Assembly (NCBI GenBank): GCA_963841155.1
Contig: CAWJBM010000005.1
Span: forward strand, 11,869-75,868
Length of the DNA: 64,000 nucleotides
Direction: 5' to 3'
Origin: an uncultured Acidimicrobiaceae bacterium
GTDB taxonomy: Bacteria; Actinomycetota; Acidimicrobiia; Acidimicrobiales; Bog-793
Shown piece after piece: positions 18,009 through 28,950 of this stretch; position 1 is the first letter of the stretch, and each line of letters starts with the position of its first letter. The notes beneath the pieces are model-generated. The model saw only the letters and a program-made list of their open reading frames with translations, searched no databases and had not been told where the DNA came from. The position numbers and the translations under genes were made by a program.

Positions 18009-20072
18009 GTGAACACAGTGCCGTCCGCGAAAATCCGCAACGTCGCGCTCATCGGCCATGGCGGCGCCGGCAAGACAACGCTCGCCGAAGCGCTTCTGGT
18101 AGCCGGGGGCGTGCTGTCCCGACCGGGACGGACAGAGGACGGGACGACGGTCTGCGATTTCGAGCCCGAAGAGGTGAAGAGGCGGATATCGGTCTCGTTG
18201 GCACTGGCTCCGTTTCTTTTCGAGGACTGCAAGATCAATGTCATCGACACCCCGGGATATGCCGACTTCATCGCCGAGGTCGAGGCGGGCCTGTCGGTCG
18301 CCGACCTCGCCGTGCTCGTGGTCAGTGCCGTCGAGGGCGTCGAGGTTCAGTCGGAGGAGACCTGGCGGCTTGCGACTGATCTAGGCATCCCCAGGCTCGT
18401 GTTCGTCAACAAGCTCGACCGCGAACGCGCCGACTTCGAGAGGACACTGGACCAGCTCCGCGAGCGTTTCGGCTCAGGCATCGCGCCATTGGAGCTGCCC
18501 ATCGGCCGCGAAGCGGAGTTCAACGGGATCGCGGACCTCCTCACCGACTCCGCCATCACCTACAGCACGGCCAAGCCCACGACCGGGCCCATCCCCGAGA
18601 ACATGTCCGAGCTTCAGCAGCGTGTCCGGGAGGCCCTGATCGAAGGGATCGTCGTCGGTGACGACGAGATGATGGAGCGGTACCTCGAAGGCGAGGTGCC
18701 CTCCGCCGAGGAACTGGAAGCCACGCTCGCGAACGGCGTCGCCTCCGCGAGCGTGTTCCCCGTCGTGTGCGGATCGGCCCTCACCGGCGTGGGCGTCGAC
18801 CGCCTGGCCTCTCTGATCTGCGAGATCGGGCCGAGCCCGCTCGCCCGCCGGTCGTTCACGGTACAGGCGGGGAGCAACACCATACAGCTCCCACGCGATC
18901 CCGACGGGCCGCCTCTGGCCCGGGTCTTCAAGACGATCGCCGACCCCTTTGTCGGACGGATCTCCCTCATGAACGTGCTCTCCGGAACGCTCCGGCCCGA
19001 CATGACCCTCTATGACAGCCGCAGTCATTCCGAGGAGAAGTTGCACGCTCTCCAGGTAATGCGCGGTAAGGAGACCCAGCCCACCTCGGCCGCGCCAGCC
19101 GGCGACATCGTCGCCGTCGCGAAGTTGAGCGGCGTGCTGACCGGCGACACCTTGGCACCCAAGAACCAGCCGGTGGTTGCCGAAGGACCCAGGCTCCGCA
19201 CCGCCGTGCTGTCGATCGCGGTGCACCCGAAGGCGAAAGGCGACGATGACAAGCTCATGACGGCGATCCACCGACTGCAGGAGGAGGACACTGCGCTCCT
19301 GGTCCGCCGGGACGACGAGACACACCAGACGGTGCTGTCCGGCATGGGCGACACGCACCTGCAGATCGTGTGCGAGAAGCTCAGCCGCAAATTCGGCGTG
19401 GCTGTCGAGACCGAGCCTGTCCAGGTTCCCTACCGGGAGACGATCACCAAGTCCGCCGAGGCCGAGGGCAAGTACAAGAAACAGACCGGGGGCCACGGCC
19501 AGTTCGGCGTCGCCAACCTACGCGTCGAGCCGCTCGAGCGCGGCGAGGGCTTCGCCTTCGTGGACGCGATCGTCGGGGGTGCGATCCCCCGACAGTTCAT
19601 CCCCGCCGTGGAGAAGGGCGTGCAGGAAGCGATGACCACGGGGGGCCACTTCGGCTACCCAGTCGTTGACGTCCGGGTGACCTGCTACGACGGCAAGTAC
19701 CACACGGTGGACTCCTCGGAGATGAGCTTCAAGATGGCGGCGTCGCTCGGCTTCAAGGAGGCTCTGGCCGCTGCCGGCCCGGTGATACTGGAACCTGTCT
19801 CCAGGCTCGAGGTCACGGTGCCTGCCGCCTATCAGGGCGACATCCTCGGTGACCTGAACTCGCGCAGGGGCCGGGTGCTCGGCACCGAGGCCGGAGAGCG
19901 CGGTGAACAGGTCGTGATCGCGTTGGTGCCGGCGTCGGAGATCCAGCGTTACGCCACCGACCTCCGGTCGCTCACCGGAGGCCGGGGTCGTTTCGCCGTG
20001 CGCCACGACCATCACGAGGTCGTGCCGGCGCCGATCGCAGACAGGCTCGCCAAGCAGGCTGCCGAGACATAG
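18009..20072 (+). CDS. Elongation factor G paralogue (EF-G2)
   Basis: GHGGAGKTT, RRISV in place of RGITI, DTPG, NKLD, KKQTGGHGQF and HTVDSSEMSF; divergent from pgsA and outside the str operon. Confidence 0.93.
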   Translation: MNTVPSAKIRNVALIGHGGAGKTTLAEALLVAGGVLSRPGRTEDGTTVCDFEPEEVKRRISVSLALAPFLFEDCKINVIDTPGYADFIAEVEAGLSVADLAVLVVSAVEGVEVQSEETWRLATDLGIPRLVFVNKLDRERADFERTLDQLRERFGSGIAPLELPIGREAEFNGIADLLTDSAITYSTAKPTTGPIPENMSELQQRVREALIEGIVVGDDEMMERYLEGEVPSAEELEATLANGVASASVFPVVCGSALTGVGVDRLASLICEIGPSPLARRSFTVQAGSNTIQLPRDPDGPPLARVFKTIADPFVGRISLMNVLSGTLRPDMTLYDSRSHSEEKLHALQVMRGKETQPTSAAPAGDIVAVAKLSGVLTGDTLAPKNQPVVAEGPRLRTAVLSIAVHPKAKGDDDKLMTAIHRLQEEDTALLVRRDDETHQTVLSGMGDTHLQIVCEKLSRKFGVAVETEPVQVPYRETITKSAEAEGKYKKQTGGHGQFGVANLRVEPLERGEGFAFVDAIVGGAIPRQFIPAVEKGVQEAMTTGGHFGYPVVDVRVTCYDGKYHTVDSSEMSFKMAASLGFKEALAAAGPVILEPVSRLEVTVPAAYQGDILGDLNSRRGRVLGTEAGERGEQVVIALVPASEIQRYATDLRSLTGGRGRFAVRHDHHEVVPAPIADRLAKQAAET

Positions 20073-20075
20073 CCC

Positions 20076-20819
20076 TCAGACAGGCAGTGAGCTCCAGGCC
20101 GCAGCGACCTCCCGGTTCCCTGTCAGCTCGAGCCCATCGAGAGGCCTACGGTTCCACGAGTACAGGTAGAGGTCTGACGCCGGGCCGACAAGGACGGCGT
20201 CGGCAGGTCCCCTGCCCTCGCGCCAGCGAAGCCTGCCACCGGCCACCTCGAGCGTCCAAGCTGCCGCGTGGTCCGCGCAGGCCAGGCACAGCACGCCACC
20301 GAGCGAGGCGTCCGGCGCCCCGGGCACGTCGGTCGCGAGGTGGACACAGATCCGCTCCTCGATCCCGTCGACGGCGAGATCCCGGTCGACCGGTGTCGTC
20401 GAACCGACCGAGAGCTCTGTGTCGTAACGGTGCACCGCCGACTCCAGTGCCATGCGCCTGCAGACCCACTCAGCGGTGAGATCCGCGCCCGACCAATTCC
20501 AGCAAGGTTCTTGAGGATCGCGATCGCCGAGCGTCAGATGGAGATCGGCCCAAGCGTGTTCGAACCAGGCCATCAGGTCGACCGCGGCGGGCGCGCCTTG
20601 TGACGCCGGCTCGGCCCGGGCATCGGGGGACGCCAGCTCGAGCTGGGTGCGCCAGAACCTGAACACATCGCCCAGATGCACTACCAGGTCGGAGAGGCAC
20701 CATCCCGGGCAAGTGGGAACCGGGGCCGCGAGAGCCTCGCCGGGCGAGTCCGCGATGAGCTCGCACTCGCGCTTGAGGGCCGCACGGTGCGATTCGTAGT
20801 CGAGGCGATGGCCGGGCAC
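20076..20819 (-). CDS. Maleylpyruvate isomerase family mycothiol-dependent enzyme
   Basis: VPTCPGW.L.DLVVHLG, RRMALESAVHRYD and AVDGIEE motifs; SCP2-like C-terminus. Confidence 0.88.
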   Translation of the reverse strand: MPGHRLDYESHRAALKRECELIADSPGEALAAPVPTCPGWCLSDLVVHLGDVFRFWRTQLELASPDARAEPASQGAPAAVDLMAWFEHAWADLHLTLGDRDPQEPCWNWSGADLTAEWVCRRMALESAVHRYDTELSVGSTTPVDRDLAVDGIEERICVHLATDVPGAPDASLGGVLCLACADHAAAWTLEVAGGRLRWREGRGPADAVLVGPASDLYLYSWNRRPLDGLELTGNREVAAAWSSLPV

Positions 20820-20823
20820 TGCC

Positions 20824-21330
20824 TCAATCCTTGCCGCTCACGGGCCCGCCCTGTTCGCGGCGATCTCGTCGCTGCGCGGACAGGCCCGGTGCCGCGGGGC
20901 TCGTCTCCAGGCCGCCGGGAGCGCGCCCGGTCACGCGCGCCGCGGCGGCACGAATCTCTCGCACGGTGCGCGGGGCGTCGGCGACTTCGATGACCACATA
21001 GCGAAAGCGCTCTCCCGAGCACTCGATGAGCACAGCGTTGCGACCGAGCCCGATCGACCAGAAGGACCAGCCGTCCAGCCCGTGGTAGATGCCGACTCGC
21101 CAGGCTCCCTGACCGTGTCGGCGCCATTGGTGAAGGCCGATCCTCACATGCGCGCGTACCGACGGGTCGTGACTGACCTGGGCGATCGAGGCGAGCGGGA
21201 ACCTCAGCGTGGCCTTGGTGGCAAGGAGCCTGCGCCACCCGCTCAAGCGGACGACGACCTCATCCCCTTCTACGTTGCACTCTCCCCAGATCAGGGGCGC
21301 CCGGCGCTGGACGGACGGCGAACCGCTCAC
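20824..21330 (-). CDS. Conserved-looking hypothetical protein (PH-like beta fold suspected)
   Basis: GTGA overlap with HIT stop; VVVRLSGW...LRFPLASI...AVLIE...YVVIEV pattern. Confidence 0.6.
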   Translation of the reverse strand: MSGSPSVQRRAPLIWGECNVEGDEVVVRLSGWRRLLATKATLRFPLASIAQVSHDPSVRAHVRIGLHQWRRHGQGAWRVGIYHGLDGWSFWSIGLGRNAVLIECSGERFRYVVIEVADAPRTVREIRAAAARVTGRAPGGLETSPAAPGLSAQRRDRREQGGPVSGKD

Positions 21331-21866
21331 TTCCAGACGGCCCGTAGCTTCGCCCAACTGTCACCCAGGGCCTCGGGGAGGACGCGGACTGAGGCAACCG
21401 AGGTCATGAAGTTCGTGTCGCCGATCCATCGCGGGACGATGTGGACGTGCAGATGAGCAGGGATCCCCGCTCCCCCGGCGCGCCCGAGGTTCAGCCCGAG
21501 GTTCATGCCTTCGGGACGATAGGCGGCCTTCACCGCCGCCACGGCGTCGTGAACTCCAAGGGAGAGCTCGGCACTCTCCTCGGTCTCGAGCTCGGACAGG
21601 TCACTGACGTGCCGGGCCGGGAGCACCATCACATGGCCCGGGGAGTACGGATAGGCGTTGAGGAGCGCGACGGTGAGCCTGCCCGTCCACAGCACATGTC
21701 GCGCCTCGTCGGATTCCTCGGAGCGCACGATCCCGCAGAACACGCACACCGGCCCGGCCTCGCCTGCGGCCGCTGCGCCGGCGCTCGAGCCGGTCGCGGC
21801 GTCTCCATCCCCGAACGAGCTCACATAGCTCGACCGCCAACCTGCCCAGAGGTGCTCGAGGCTCAT
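21327..21866 (-). CDS. HIT family protein (Ap4A phosphorylase/hydrolase-like)
   Basis: [23 protein letters not shown] and [23 protein letters not shown] motifs; directly after thrS. Confidence 0.93.
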   Translation of the reverse strand: MSLEHLWAGWRSSYVSSFGDGDAATGSSAGAAAAGEAGPVCVFCGIVRSEESDEARHVLWTGRLTVALLNAYPYSPGHVMVLPARHVSDLSELETEESAELSLGVHDAVAAVKAAYRPEGMNLGLNLGRAGGAGIPAHLHVHIVPRWIGDTNFMTSVASVRVLPEALGDSWAKLRAVWK

Positions 21867-23881
21867 GGGGCTCCCGTGCCGGCAGTTCCGAATCCACTAC
21901 CGACCGGTGGCGCCGCCTCGAGCCGCAGCTTGTCGACGAACGACTCGGTGCTGACACCGCGCTCGGGCTCGTCGGATCCCCGTGCGTTGACCCCGACCGT
22001 TCCCGCCGCCAGGTCAGAATCTCCGACAACGAGGACGTACGGCACCTTCTCCAGTTTGGCGCGGCGGATCCTCGCCCCGAGGGGCTCGCCCGCATCGTCG
22101 GCCTCCGCGCGCACCCCGGCTGCAGCAAGCAGTGCCCGAACCTGCTGCGCGTAGGCGGTGTGGTCGTCGCGCACGGGGAGGATCCGGACCTGCACGGGCG
22201 CGAGCCAGCTCGGCAAGGCCCCCGCGTAATGCTCGAGGAGGACGGCGAAGAACCGCTCCACCGACCCGAACAATGCCCTGTGGATCATGATCGGCTGGTG
22301 ACGTGCGTTGTCCTGGCCGACGTACTCCATCTCGAAGCGCTGCGGCATCTGGAAGTCGACCTGGATCGTCGACATCTGCCAGGTCCTTCCGATCGCGTCG
22401 CGCACTTGGACAGAGATCTTCGGACCGTAAAAGGCGCCACCGCCGGGATCGAGCACGAGCTCGAGCTCCATCGCCAGCGCGGCCTGCCGCAGCGCCTCGG
22501 TCGCCTCCTCCCATTCGGATGCGGTACCGACCGCCTTCTCCTCGGGCATGGTCGACAACTCGAGGTAGAAGTCGTCGAGCCCGAAGTCACGGAGCAGATC
22601 GAGCACGAAGCCGAGCAACGATTGCAGCTCGGTCGCCATCTGGTCTCGAGTGCAGAAGATGTGCGCGTCGTCCATAGTCAGGCCGCGCACCCGGGTGAGC
22701 CCATGTATCACGCCCGACTTCTCGTAGCGGTAGACCGTGCCGAACTCGAACAGCCGCAGCGGCAGCTCACGGTAGGAGCGCTGGCGGCTCTTGTAGATGA
22801 GGATGTGGAACGGGCAGTTCATCGGCTTCAGGTAGTACTGATGCCCCTCGTCGAGCTCCATCGCGGGGAACATTCCCTCCGCGAACCACTGCAGGTGCCC
22901 CGAGGTCTCGAACAGCTCCGCCTTGGTGATGTGGGGCGTGTTCACGAACTGGTAGCCGGACTGTTCATGGCGGGAGCGCGAGTAGTCCTCCATCACCTTG
23001 CGGACGAGGCCGCCTTTAGGGTGGAACACAGCCAGTCCGGAGCCCAGCTCGGGCGGGAAGGAGAACAGGTCGAGCTCGGCACCCAGGCGGCGATGGTCAC
23101 GGCGCTCGGCCTCCTCGAGACGGTGAAGATAGGCCTCGACCGCCTTGTCCGACTCCCACGCCGTGCCGTACACCCTCTGGAGCTGCGGCCTGTGCTCATC
23201 GCCGCGCCAATACGCCCCGGCCACCCGAGTCAGCTTGAAATGGCCGAGGTGAGCGGTCGAAGCCACATGCGGACCGCGGCACAGGTCGATGAACCCCGGA
23301 CCGTTCCGGTAGGTGCTGACCGCGCCGGGGTTCCCGCCTGCTTCAGCCGCGAGCTCGTCATCGATCCCGACAGCGGCTTGTGCGACCCCCTCGATGATCT
23401 CGCGCTTGTACGGCTGGTCGGCGAATATCTCGAGGCCTTCCGCGATCGTGTGCTGCTCGCGCACGAACGGCTGGGACTCCTTGATGACCGCGTGCATCTC
23501 GGACTCGATCCGGGCCAGGTCGTCGTCGGAGAAGCGGGCACCATGCGGCAGGTCGAAGTCGTAGTAGAAACCGTCGGCAATAGCCGGTCCGATGGCGTAG
23601 CGCGCTCCCGGCCAGAGCCTGAGCACGGCTTGCGCCAGGACGTGGGCAGTCGAGTGCCGAAGCACGTTGCGGCCCTCATCGGTGTCGGAGGTGATGATGC
23701 GCACCCTCGCGTCGTCGACGAGAACCTCGGAGAGGTCGACCAAGACACCGTCGAGCTCCGCGGCAACCGCAGCGGCCGCAAGCCGGCGCCCGATCTGGGC
23801 AGCAAGATCCGCGATCGTCGTGCCGGCGGGGACAGCGCGTGTGGACCCGTCGGGCAGGAAGATCGTGACCTCGCTGGGCAT
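21863..23881 (-). CDS. thrS: Threonine--tRNA ligase
   Basis: TGS domain; RHSTAH, DLCRGPH, RDHR, KPMNCP, RYEKSG..GLTRVR and [11 protein letters not shown] motifs. Confidence 0.98.
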   Translation of the reverse strand: MPSEVTIFLPDGSTRAVPAGTTIADLAAQIGRRLAAAAVAAELDGVLVDLSEVLVDDARVRIITSDTDEGRNVLRHSTAHVLAQAVLRLWPGARYAIGPAIADGFYYDFDLPHGARFSDDDLARIESEMHAVIKESQPFVREQHTIAEGLEIFADQPYKREIIEGVAQAAVGIDDELAAEAGGNPGAVSTYRNGPGFIDLCRGPHVASTAHLGHFKLTRVAGAYWRGDEHRPQLQRVYGTAWESDKAVEAYLHRLEEAERRDHRRLGAELDLFSFPPELGSGLAVFHPKGGLVRKVMEDYSRSRHEQSGYQFVNTPHITKAELFETSGHLQWFAEGMFPAMELDEGHQYYLKPMNCPFHILIYKSRQRSYRELPLRLFEFGTVYRYEKSGVIHGLTRVRGLTMDDAHIFCTRDQMATELQSLLGFVLDLLRDFGLDDFYLELSTMPEEKAVGTASEWEEATEALRQAALAMELELVLDPGGGAFYGPKISVQVRDAIGRTWQMSTIQVDFQMPQRFEMEYVGQDNARHQPIMIHRALFGSVERFFAVLLEHYAGALPSWLAPVQVRILPVRDDHTAYAQQVRALLAAAGVRAEADDAGEPLGARIRRAKLEKVPYVLVVGDSDLAAGTVGVNARGSDEPERGVSTESFVDKLRLEAAPPVGSGFGTAGTGAP

Positions 23882-24036
23882 CTGAACCACTCCTCGTGCT
23901 GGCGACCAGATCTTGCGCTCCAAGAAGCGCTCAGCCTACCGGGCCGCGGACGGTGTCTCGAGAGAACCGGGCCGAAGCCCCCGGTCTGGCTGTCGGCTCG
24001 GACGGCACCGGGAGGTCCCGTCGCCCGCGGGAAGCC

Positions 24037-25152
24037 TCATACGAAGACACCGAGCAGCGCGGCGGCCTCGCCCACGCCGCGTCCGCCCGCTGCCTGCTCA
24101 TCGATGACTTCGATCGCGGCCGGGGTGTCCAAGTCGTCGTCGAGCCTCGCCCGCACGGCTTGGAGGCCGGCGCCACCCGAGCCCGCCGCCCGCCATCGAT
24201 CGAGACGGTCCTCTGCCTCTTCGAGGATCGAGTCCTTCCACTCCCAGGCCAGCCGGTAGCTCCGGGAGAGCAAGGCCAAGCGGATCGCGGACGGGTCGTG
24301 GCCCTGCTCGAGCTGAGCATGGACGAAGACGAGATTGCCGAGTGACTTCGACATCTTCTGGCCATCCAAGCCCACCATGCCCACGTGCATCCAGTGCCGG
24401 ACGAACAGCGAGCCGGTCGCCGCCTCGGACTGGGCGCACTCGCACTCGTGGTGCGGGAAGATGAGATCGGTCCCGCCGCCGTGCAGATCGATGGTCGTGC
24501 CGAGCTCGCGCATGGCCAGCGCCGAGCACTCGATGTGCCATCCCGGTCGGCCGGGGCCCCAGAGCGACTCCCAGGCAGGCTCCCCCGGGGCGGAGGGCTG
24601 CCAGAGCACAAAGTCCAGCGGGTCGCGTTTGAAGGGGTCCTCCGGCCGGCCCCCGTGCTCGCCGGCGAGGTGGATCATCTCCTCGCGCTCGAGATGGCTC
24701 ACCTGGCCGAACCGCGGGAACGAGGACACGTCGAAGTACACCGCTCCGCCGGCCCGATATGCGTGGCCGGTATCGAGGACCATGCCGATGAAGCCGAGGA
24801 TGTCGGGGATCGCCGAGGTCGCCCGCGGCTCGGAGTACGCCTGAAGCAACCCGAGTGCCTCCATGTCGGCCTGGAAACGGGCGATCTCCCCCGCCGCGAG
24901 GTCCAGATAGTGCACGCCCAGCTCGCGCGCCTTGCGCAGGATGTCGTCGTCGACGTCGGTTATGTTGCGCACGCACAGGGTTCGGTGGCCGAGGTCGCGC
25001 AAGCGCCGCTGTAGCACGTCGTAGGTGACATACACGGCAGCGTGGCCCAGGTGTGCCGAGTCATAGGGCGTTATCCCGCAGGTGTAGATCGTGACGACCT
25101 CGCCCGGTGTGAACGGGACAACCTGGCGACGAGCAGTGTCGTATAGCCGCAT
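24037..25152 (-). CDS. mshC: Cysteine--GlcN-Ins ligase (MshC-like; short CysRS paralogue)
   Basis: CGITPYDSAHLGH, GRPGWHIECS, DLIFPHHE and KMSKSLGN motifs; 371 aa, lacking the CysRS anticodon domain. Confidence 0.75.
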   Translation of the reverse strand: MRLYDTARRQVVPFTPGEVVTIYTCGITPYDSAHLGHAAVYVTYDVLQRRLRDLGHRTLCVRNITDVDDDILRKARELGVHYLDLAAGEIARFQADMEALGLLQAYSEPRATSAIPDILGFIGMVLDTGHAYRAGGAVYFDVSSFPRFGQVSHLEREEMIHLAGEHGGRPEDPFKRDPLDFVLWQPSAPGEPAWESLWGPGRPGWHIECSALAMRELGTTIDLHGGGTDLIFPHHECECAQSEAATGSLFVRHWMHVGMVGLDGQKMSKSLGNLVFVHAQLEQGHDPSAIRLALLSRSYRLAWEWKDSILEEAEDRLDRWRAAGSGGAGLQAVRARLDDDLDTPAAIEVIDEQAAGGRGVGEAAALLGVFV

Positions 25153-25186
25153 TACCGACAGCGCGTCATGGGCGGGGCGACGGGCC

Positions 25187-25852
25187 CTAGAGGCCTTCGG
25201 TGCGCAGGCCCGTGAGCCGGATGCTGGCGTGCGAGCGCGAGCGGACGTTGATGCCGATGAGCACGGCTGTGAACGCCTCGATCGCCGCTGCCGCCGACAA
25301 CGTGCCCGCGTCGATCCCGCGACACCCTGGTATGCGGTCCACGAGGTCGATCGTGGCCTTGGTGGCCGCCGCGTGATCCGAGCAGACCAGGACGTCCGCG
25401 TCGAGGGACTTATCGAGGTCCGCGAGCCCGCGGGCCGGAAGATGATGGAACGCGCCCGAGACGAGAGCTCGCGGAGCCGCGCCTTGAACGGCCACGCACA
25501 AAGAACCACGGGCGGGCACGACCGCCTCGATGTCGTCGCCGACCTTGAACAGTGCGTTTGCCATCGAGACGACGACTTTGCCGTCCAGGTGGTGGGCCAG
25601 TGCGGCAACCGTCTGTGGCGCACCGTCCCAGGGCGTTGCGACCACGACAAGGTCCGCCTCACAGGCGACCTGGTTCGAGGACCCGTGCAGGTCGGGGACG
25701 CGCGCCCCCCATTTCTCACGAAGCCGGGCCGCGATCTCCTCGCCTCGCTCGGCCGAGCGCGAACCAATCGAGACCGACATGCCGACGGACGCCAGCCTGG
25801 CGGCAAGGGCCTTGCCCGCCGGACCCGTCCCTCCGAGAATTCCCACGTCCAT
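25187..25852 (-). CDS. npdG: NADPH-dependent F420 reductase
   Basis: GGTGPAG, GSRS.ER, ATPW, AFHHLPA, DVLVCSD and IEAFTAVLIGIN motifs. Confidence 0.88.
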   Translation of the reverse strand: MDVGILGGTGPAGKALAARLASVGMSVSIGSRSAERGEEIAARLREKWGARVPDLHGSSNQVACEADLVVVATPWDGAPQTVAALAHHLDGKVVVSMANALFKVGDDIEAVVPARGSLCVAVQGAAPRALVSGAFHHLPARGLADLDKSLDADVLVCSDHAAATKATIDLVDRIPGCRGIDAGTLSAAAAIEAFTAVLIGINVRSRSHASIRLTGLRTEGL

Positions 25853-25856
25853 GGTC

Positions 25857-27125
25857 CTAGCCTTTCACACCCGCAGACGCTGCCCCCAGGCCTTCGACGT
25901 CGGTGGCGTCATAGCGGGAGAATCTCGGCATGAGCCAAGCCACGAGGCCGACGCCCACGAGACAGCCCAGCCCTCCGGAGACCACCGAGATCTGCGGCGT
26001 CGAAACCGCCGCCACCGCGCCCGCCTCGAAGTCCCCAAGGCGCGGCCCGCCGGTCACGACCGCCGTGTGGATCGAAGAGAGCCGCCCACGCAGCGACTCG
26101 GGAGCTTCGAGCTGGAGGATCGTGCTCCTGAATACCGCTGAGACGACATCGGCCGCGCCGGCGAGCGCCAGCAGCGCCAGGCCAGCGAACAACCAGGGCA
26201 CGAGCCCGAAGGCCGCGATCGCGGTCCCCCAGATCATCACGGCTATGAGGACCGCCCGCCCCTGTTTGCGAACCGTGGCCACCCAGCCGGTGAACAGCGC
26301 GCCTATCAGAGCGCCTGCTCCCGGCGCTGCGTAGAGCAGCCCGACCGTGGCGGCGCCGCCGTGGAAGCTAAGCAGGCCGAGAGCCGGGAACAGCGCCCGC
26401 GGCATTCCGAGCACCATCGCGTTCAGGTCGATCAGGAAGGTTCCTTGCAGAACGGGTCGGCCCTTCAGGTATCGCAGGCCCTCGGCTATCGAGCGCAACC
26501 CGAAACGGGTGCCGCCTCCGGGGGGCCGGAGGCCGGGAAGGCTCGCGACTGCCAGAAGCGACACTGCGAAGGTGGCCGCGTCGATCCAGTAGACCGACGC
26601 GATGCCGAACTGGCCGAGAAGCAGTCCCGCGACAGCCGGCCCTGCCACCTGGCCTACCTGGATTAGAAGCTGCCAAAGGGCGTTCGCGCTCACGAACATC
26701 GGCCGCCCCACCAAGTTGGCGAGCACTGCGGACCGCGCCGGGCTGTCAACGCTGGCAACACCAGCTGCCAGGGCACTCAGGGCATACAACGGCCAAAGCG
26801 CCGCCTGCCCGTCCGAGGAGTTCAGCGCCAGCCCGACACTGCAAGCCGCGAGGGAGAACTGCGTGACCAGCAACAGCCGACGTCGGTCGACCGCGTCGGC
26901 GATCGAACCGCCGAACAACGAGCCTCCGAGCACGGGCACGATCTGCGCCAGCCCAACCAAGCCCACATCCAGCGAGGAGTGGGTCAGCCTGAAAACCTGA
27001 TACGGGACCGCCACCACGGTGAGCTGGGATCCGAGCGTCGTGACGAGGTAGCCCCCCCAGAGCCGCCGGAAGGCCTGCGACTGCCGCAACGGCCCGAGGT
27101 CGACGAGCAGCCTTCCCCGAGCCAT
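25857..27125 (-). CDS. MFS transporter (EntS-like)
   Basis: About 12 TM helices; GGSIADAVDRRRLL, DLNAMVLGMPRALFP and GGPRLGD motifs. Confidence 0.9.
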   Translation of the reverse strand: MARGRLLVDLGPLRQSQAFRRLWGGYLVTTLGSQLTVVAVPYQVFRLTHSSLDVGLVGLAQIVPVLGGSLFGGSIADAVDRRRLLLVTQFSLAACSVGLALNSSDGQAALWPLYALSALAAGVASVDSPARSAVLANLVGRPMFVSANALWQLLIQVGQVAGPAVAGLLLGQFGIASVYWIDAATFAVSLLAVASLPGLRPPGGGTRFGLRSIAEGLRYLKGRPVLQGTFLIDLNAMVLGMPRALFPALGLLSFHGGAATVGLLYAAPGAGALIGALFTGWVATVRKQGRAVLIAVMIWGTAIAAFGLVPWLFAGLALLALAGAADVVSAVFRSTILQLEAPESLRGRLSSIHTAVVTGGPRLGDFEAGAVAAVSTPQISVVSGGLGCLVGVGLVAWLMPRFSRYDATDVEGLGAASAGVKG

Positions 27126-27228
27126 GGCCCCCAAAGTTACCGAGAGGCACAACGTCCCGACGCCGTCGCGGACCATGGGGAGGCGACGCAGGCCCTAACC
27201 TCGAGCTGAGCAAGCAGAAAGCGCAGGG

Positions 27229-28308
27229 TTGATGGGCCGGTCACTTCGAATCGGGAGCATCAGGGGCGTGCCGATCCGCCTCCACTGGAGCTTCCCGCTG
27301 CTGGTGGTATTGGTGATCCTGCCGACCGGCGGGAAAACGACTGCGCGCTCGGTCGTCGACGATCTCGTATGGATTGCTGCGCTCTTCGTGTGCATCGTGG
27401 TCCACGAGCTGTCCCACAGCTTCGTTGCCCGTCACAGGGGCTTTTCGGTACGTGACATCGTTCTGTTGCCCATAGGCGGAGTGTCGGAGATCTCCGGTCT
27501 GCCGGGCGCGCCGTCCGACGAGCTCGCCATCGCCGTCGCGGGCCCCCTCGCCAGCGTCGCTCTCGCCCTGATCCTCGCTCTGGTGTGCTACTCAACCGGA
27601 GCGAGGATGTGGCCGCCGGGACTGTTCGCCGGCGCGATCGCGAGCCGCCTCATGTGGGCCAACCTCCTGCTTGCAGGCTTCAACCTCCTCCCGGCGATTC
27701 CGATGGACGGTGGCAGGGTGCTGCGGGCTCTGCTCGCCCGCAAGCGCAGCGATCTCCGGGCAACCGCCCTCGCGGTGCAGGTCGGGCGCTTCATGGGGAT
27801 CGTGATGGTGCTGGCGGGATTTCGCTACGACCTCTGGCTCTGCGTCATCGGCCTGTTCGTCTTGGTGGGAGGCGGCGGCGAGAAGCAAGCCGCCGTGGTC
27901 CGGACAGCGGTCGGAGGGCTGAAGGTCTCCGATGTGATGGTGCACGACCCCACGACTCTCGAGGTCAGCTTCCCGCTGTCGGTCGTCGCGCCGTTCCTGG
28001 AAGCCTCCCCAGGCCGGGTCCTACCCGTCGTCGACCATGGGCGATACGTCGGCCTTATAGCGGCCGACCGGCTCCCGGGCCCTCCTGACGCTTCCCTGGT
28101 GGGTGACGCCACCGATCGCGCCGCTCCCACGCTCACGCCCGACGACCCCCTGTACCCAGTTGCGGTTGAGTGTCTACCCGCCAGCCGACGTCGTGCAGCG
28201 GCCGTGCTCGAGGACGGCCGCGTAGTCGGTGTGGTCTACGCGCCGCATCTCGAGGCGGCGTTGCGGCGAGCAACCGGCAACGTCCGCGCCCCGAGTATCC
28301 GCCACTGA
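27229..28308 (+). CDS. Site-2 protease (M50) with CBS domains
   Basis: HELSH, LLPIGG, IAVAGP and FNLLPAIPMDGGR motifs; C-terminal CBS pair. Confidence 0.93.
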   Translation: MMGRSLRIGSIRGVPIRLHWSFPLLVVLVILPTGGKTTARSVVDDLVWIAALFVCIVVHELSHSFVARHRGFSVRDIVLLPIGGVSEISGLPGAPSDELAIAVAGPLASVALALILALVCYSTGARMWPPGLFAGAIASRLMWANLLLAGFNLLPAIPMDGGRVLRALLARKRSDLRATALAVQVGRFMGIVMVLAGFRYDLWLCVIGLFVLVGGGGEKQAAVVRTAVGGLKVSDVMVHDPTTLEVSFPLSVVAPFLEASPGRVLPVVDHGRYVGLIAADRLPGPPDASLVGDATDRAAPTLTPDDPLYPVAVECLPASRRRAAAVLEDGRVVGVVYAPHLEAALRRATGNVRAPSIRH

Positions 28309-28394
28309 CCGGGTCGTCGCTTCGCCGGGCGTTCTGGCCCGGGTGCGCACGGGTCTTGGAGGGTCCTTCGAGCCGGGTACAAAGCGGGGTCACA

Positions 28395-28860
28395 GCCGAG
28401 CTCCGAGAGGCACACGCCGATGACTCGACCGGTGTCCGATCATCAACGAGGCCATGCGCGGCTGAAGCGAGGATGTGGCATACCGCAGCGTTTCACGGCG
28501 ATGCCGTCTTGGGGCTCATCACGCACCGGCGGCGACGTCCTCAGGCACCTCGTCGCAGCATGGCGTGAGTACCTGGGTCGCAGCGATGTCCTGTTGCGAA
28601 TCGGCGGGGACGAGTTCGTTGTCCTGCTCGGCGATGCCGACCCGGGCGGCGTCGAATCTGTCGCCCGTGACCTCGTCGCGCTCGCGGACGAAGTGATCCT
28701 GAGCGTTACCGGCGTGGCGTCGTCGCTCAGCGCGGGAATGACCCTGTTCCGGCCTGAGGACAATCGTGCACAGCCGTTGCGCCGAGCGGACGCTGTTTAC
28801 CTCGCCGAACGCGCCGGTCGTGGGTGCCTTGTCGTCACTCGACGGACTCGCGGTTCTGAC
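28395..28860 (+). pseudogene. Degenerate GGDEF (diguanylate cyclase) domain relic
   Basis: GDVLRHLV..W...LGRSDVLLRIGGDEFVVLL...SLSAG...LRRADAVYLAERAGRG; N-terminal DxDxFK region missing; frame runs on antisense into typA. Confidence 0.7.
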
Positions 28861-28950
28861 CGGCGAGCGTGCCTGGGACCCTCCGGCGCCGGTGCAACCG
28901 GCCTCCATGTCTGGAGCAGATCACGGCGAACGCTCGCTCGGACGAATCGA

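Noticed and set aside
18009-20072. Divergent EF-G as a novelty
   Set aside because: EF-G2 divergent from pgsA is a known actinobacterial arrangement
22160-24259. 699-aa plus-strand ORF
   Set aside because: Antisense shadow of thrS
25153-25806. Apparent N-terminal extension giving a 589-aa MshC
   Set aside because: Alternative frame over npdG; the real protein starts at MRLYDT (25152)
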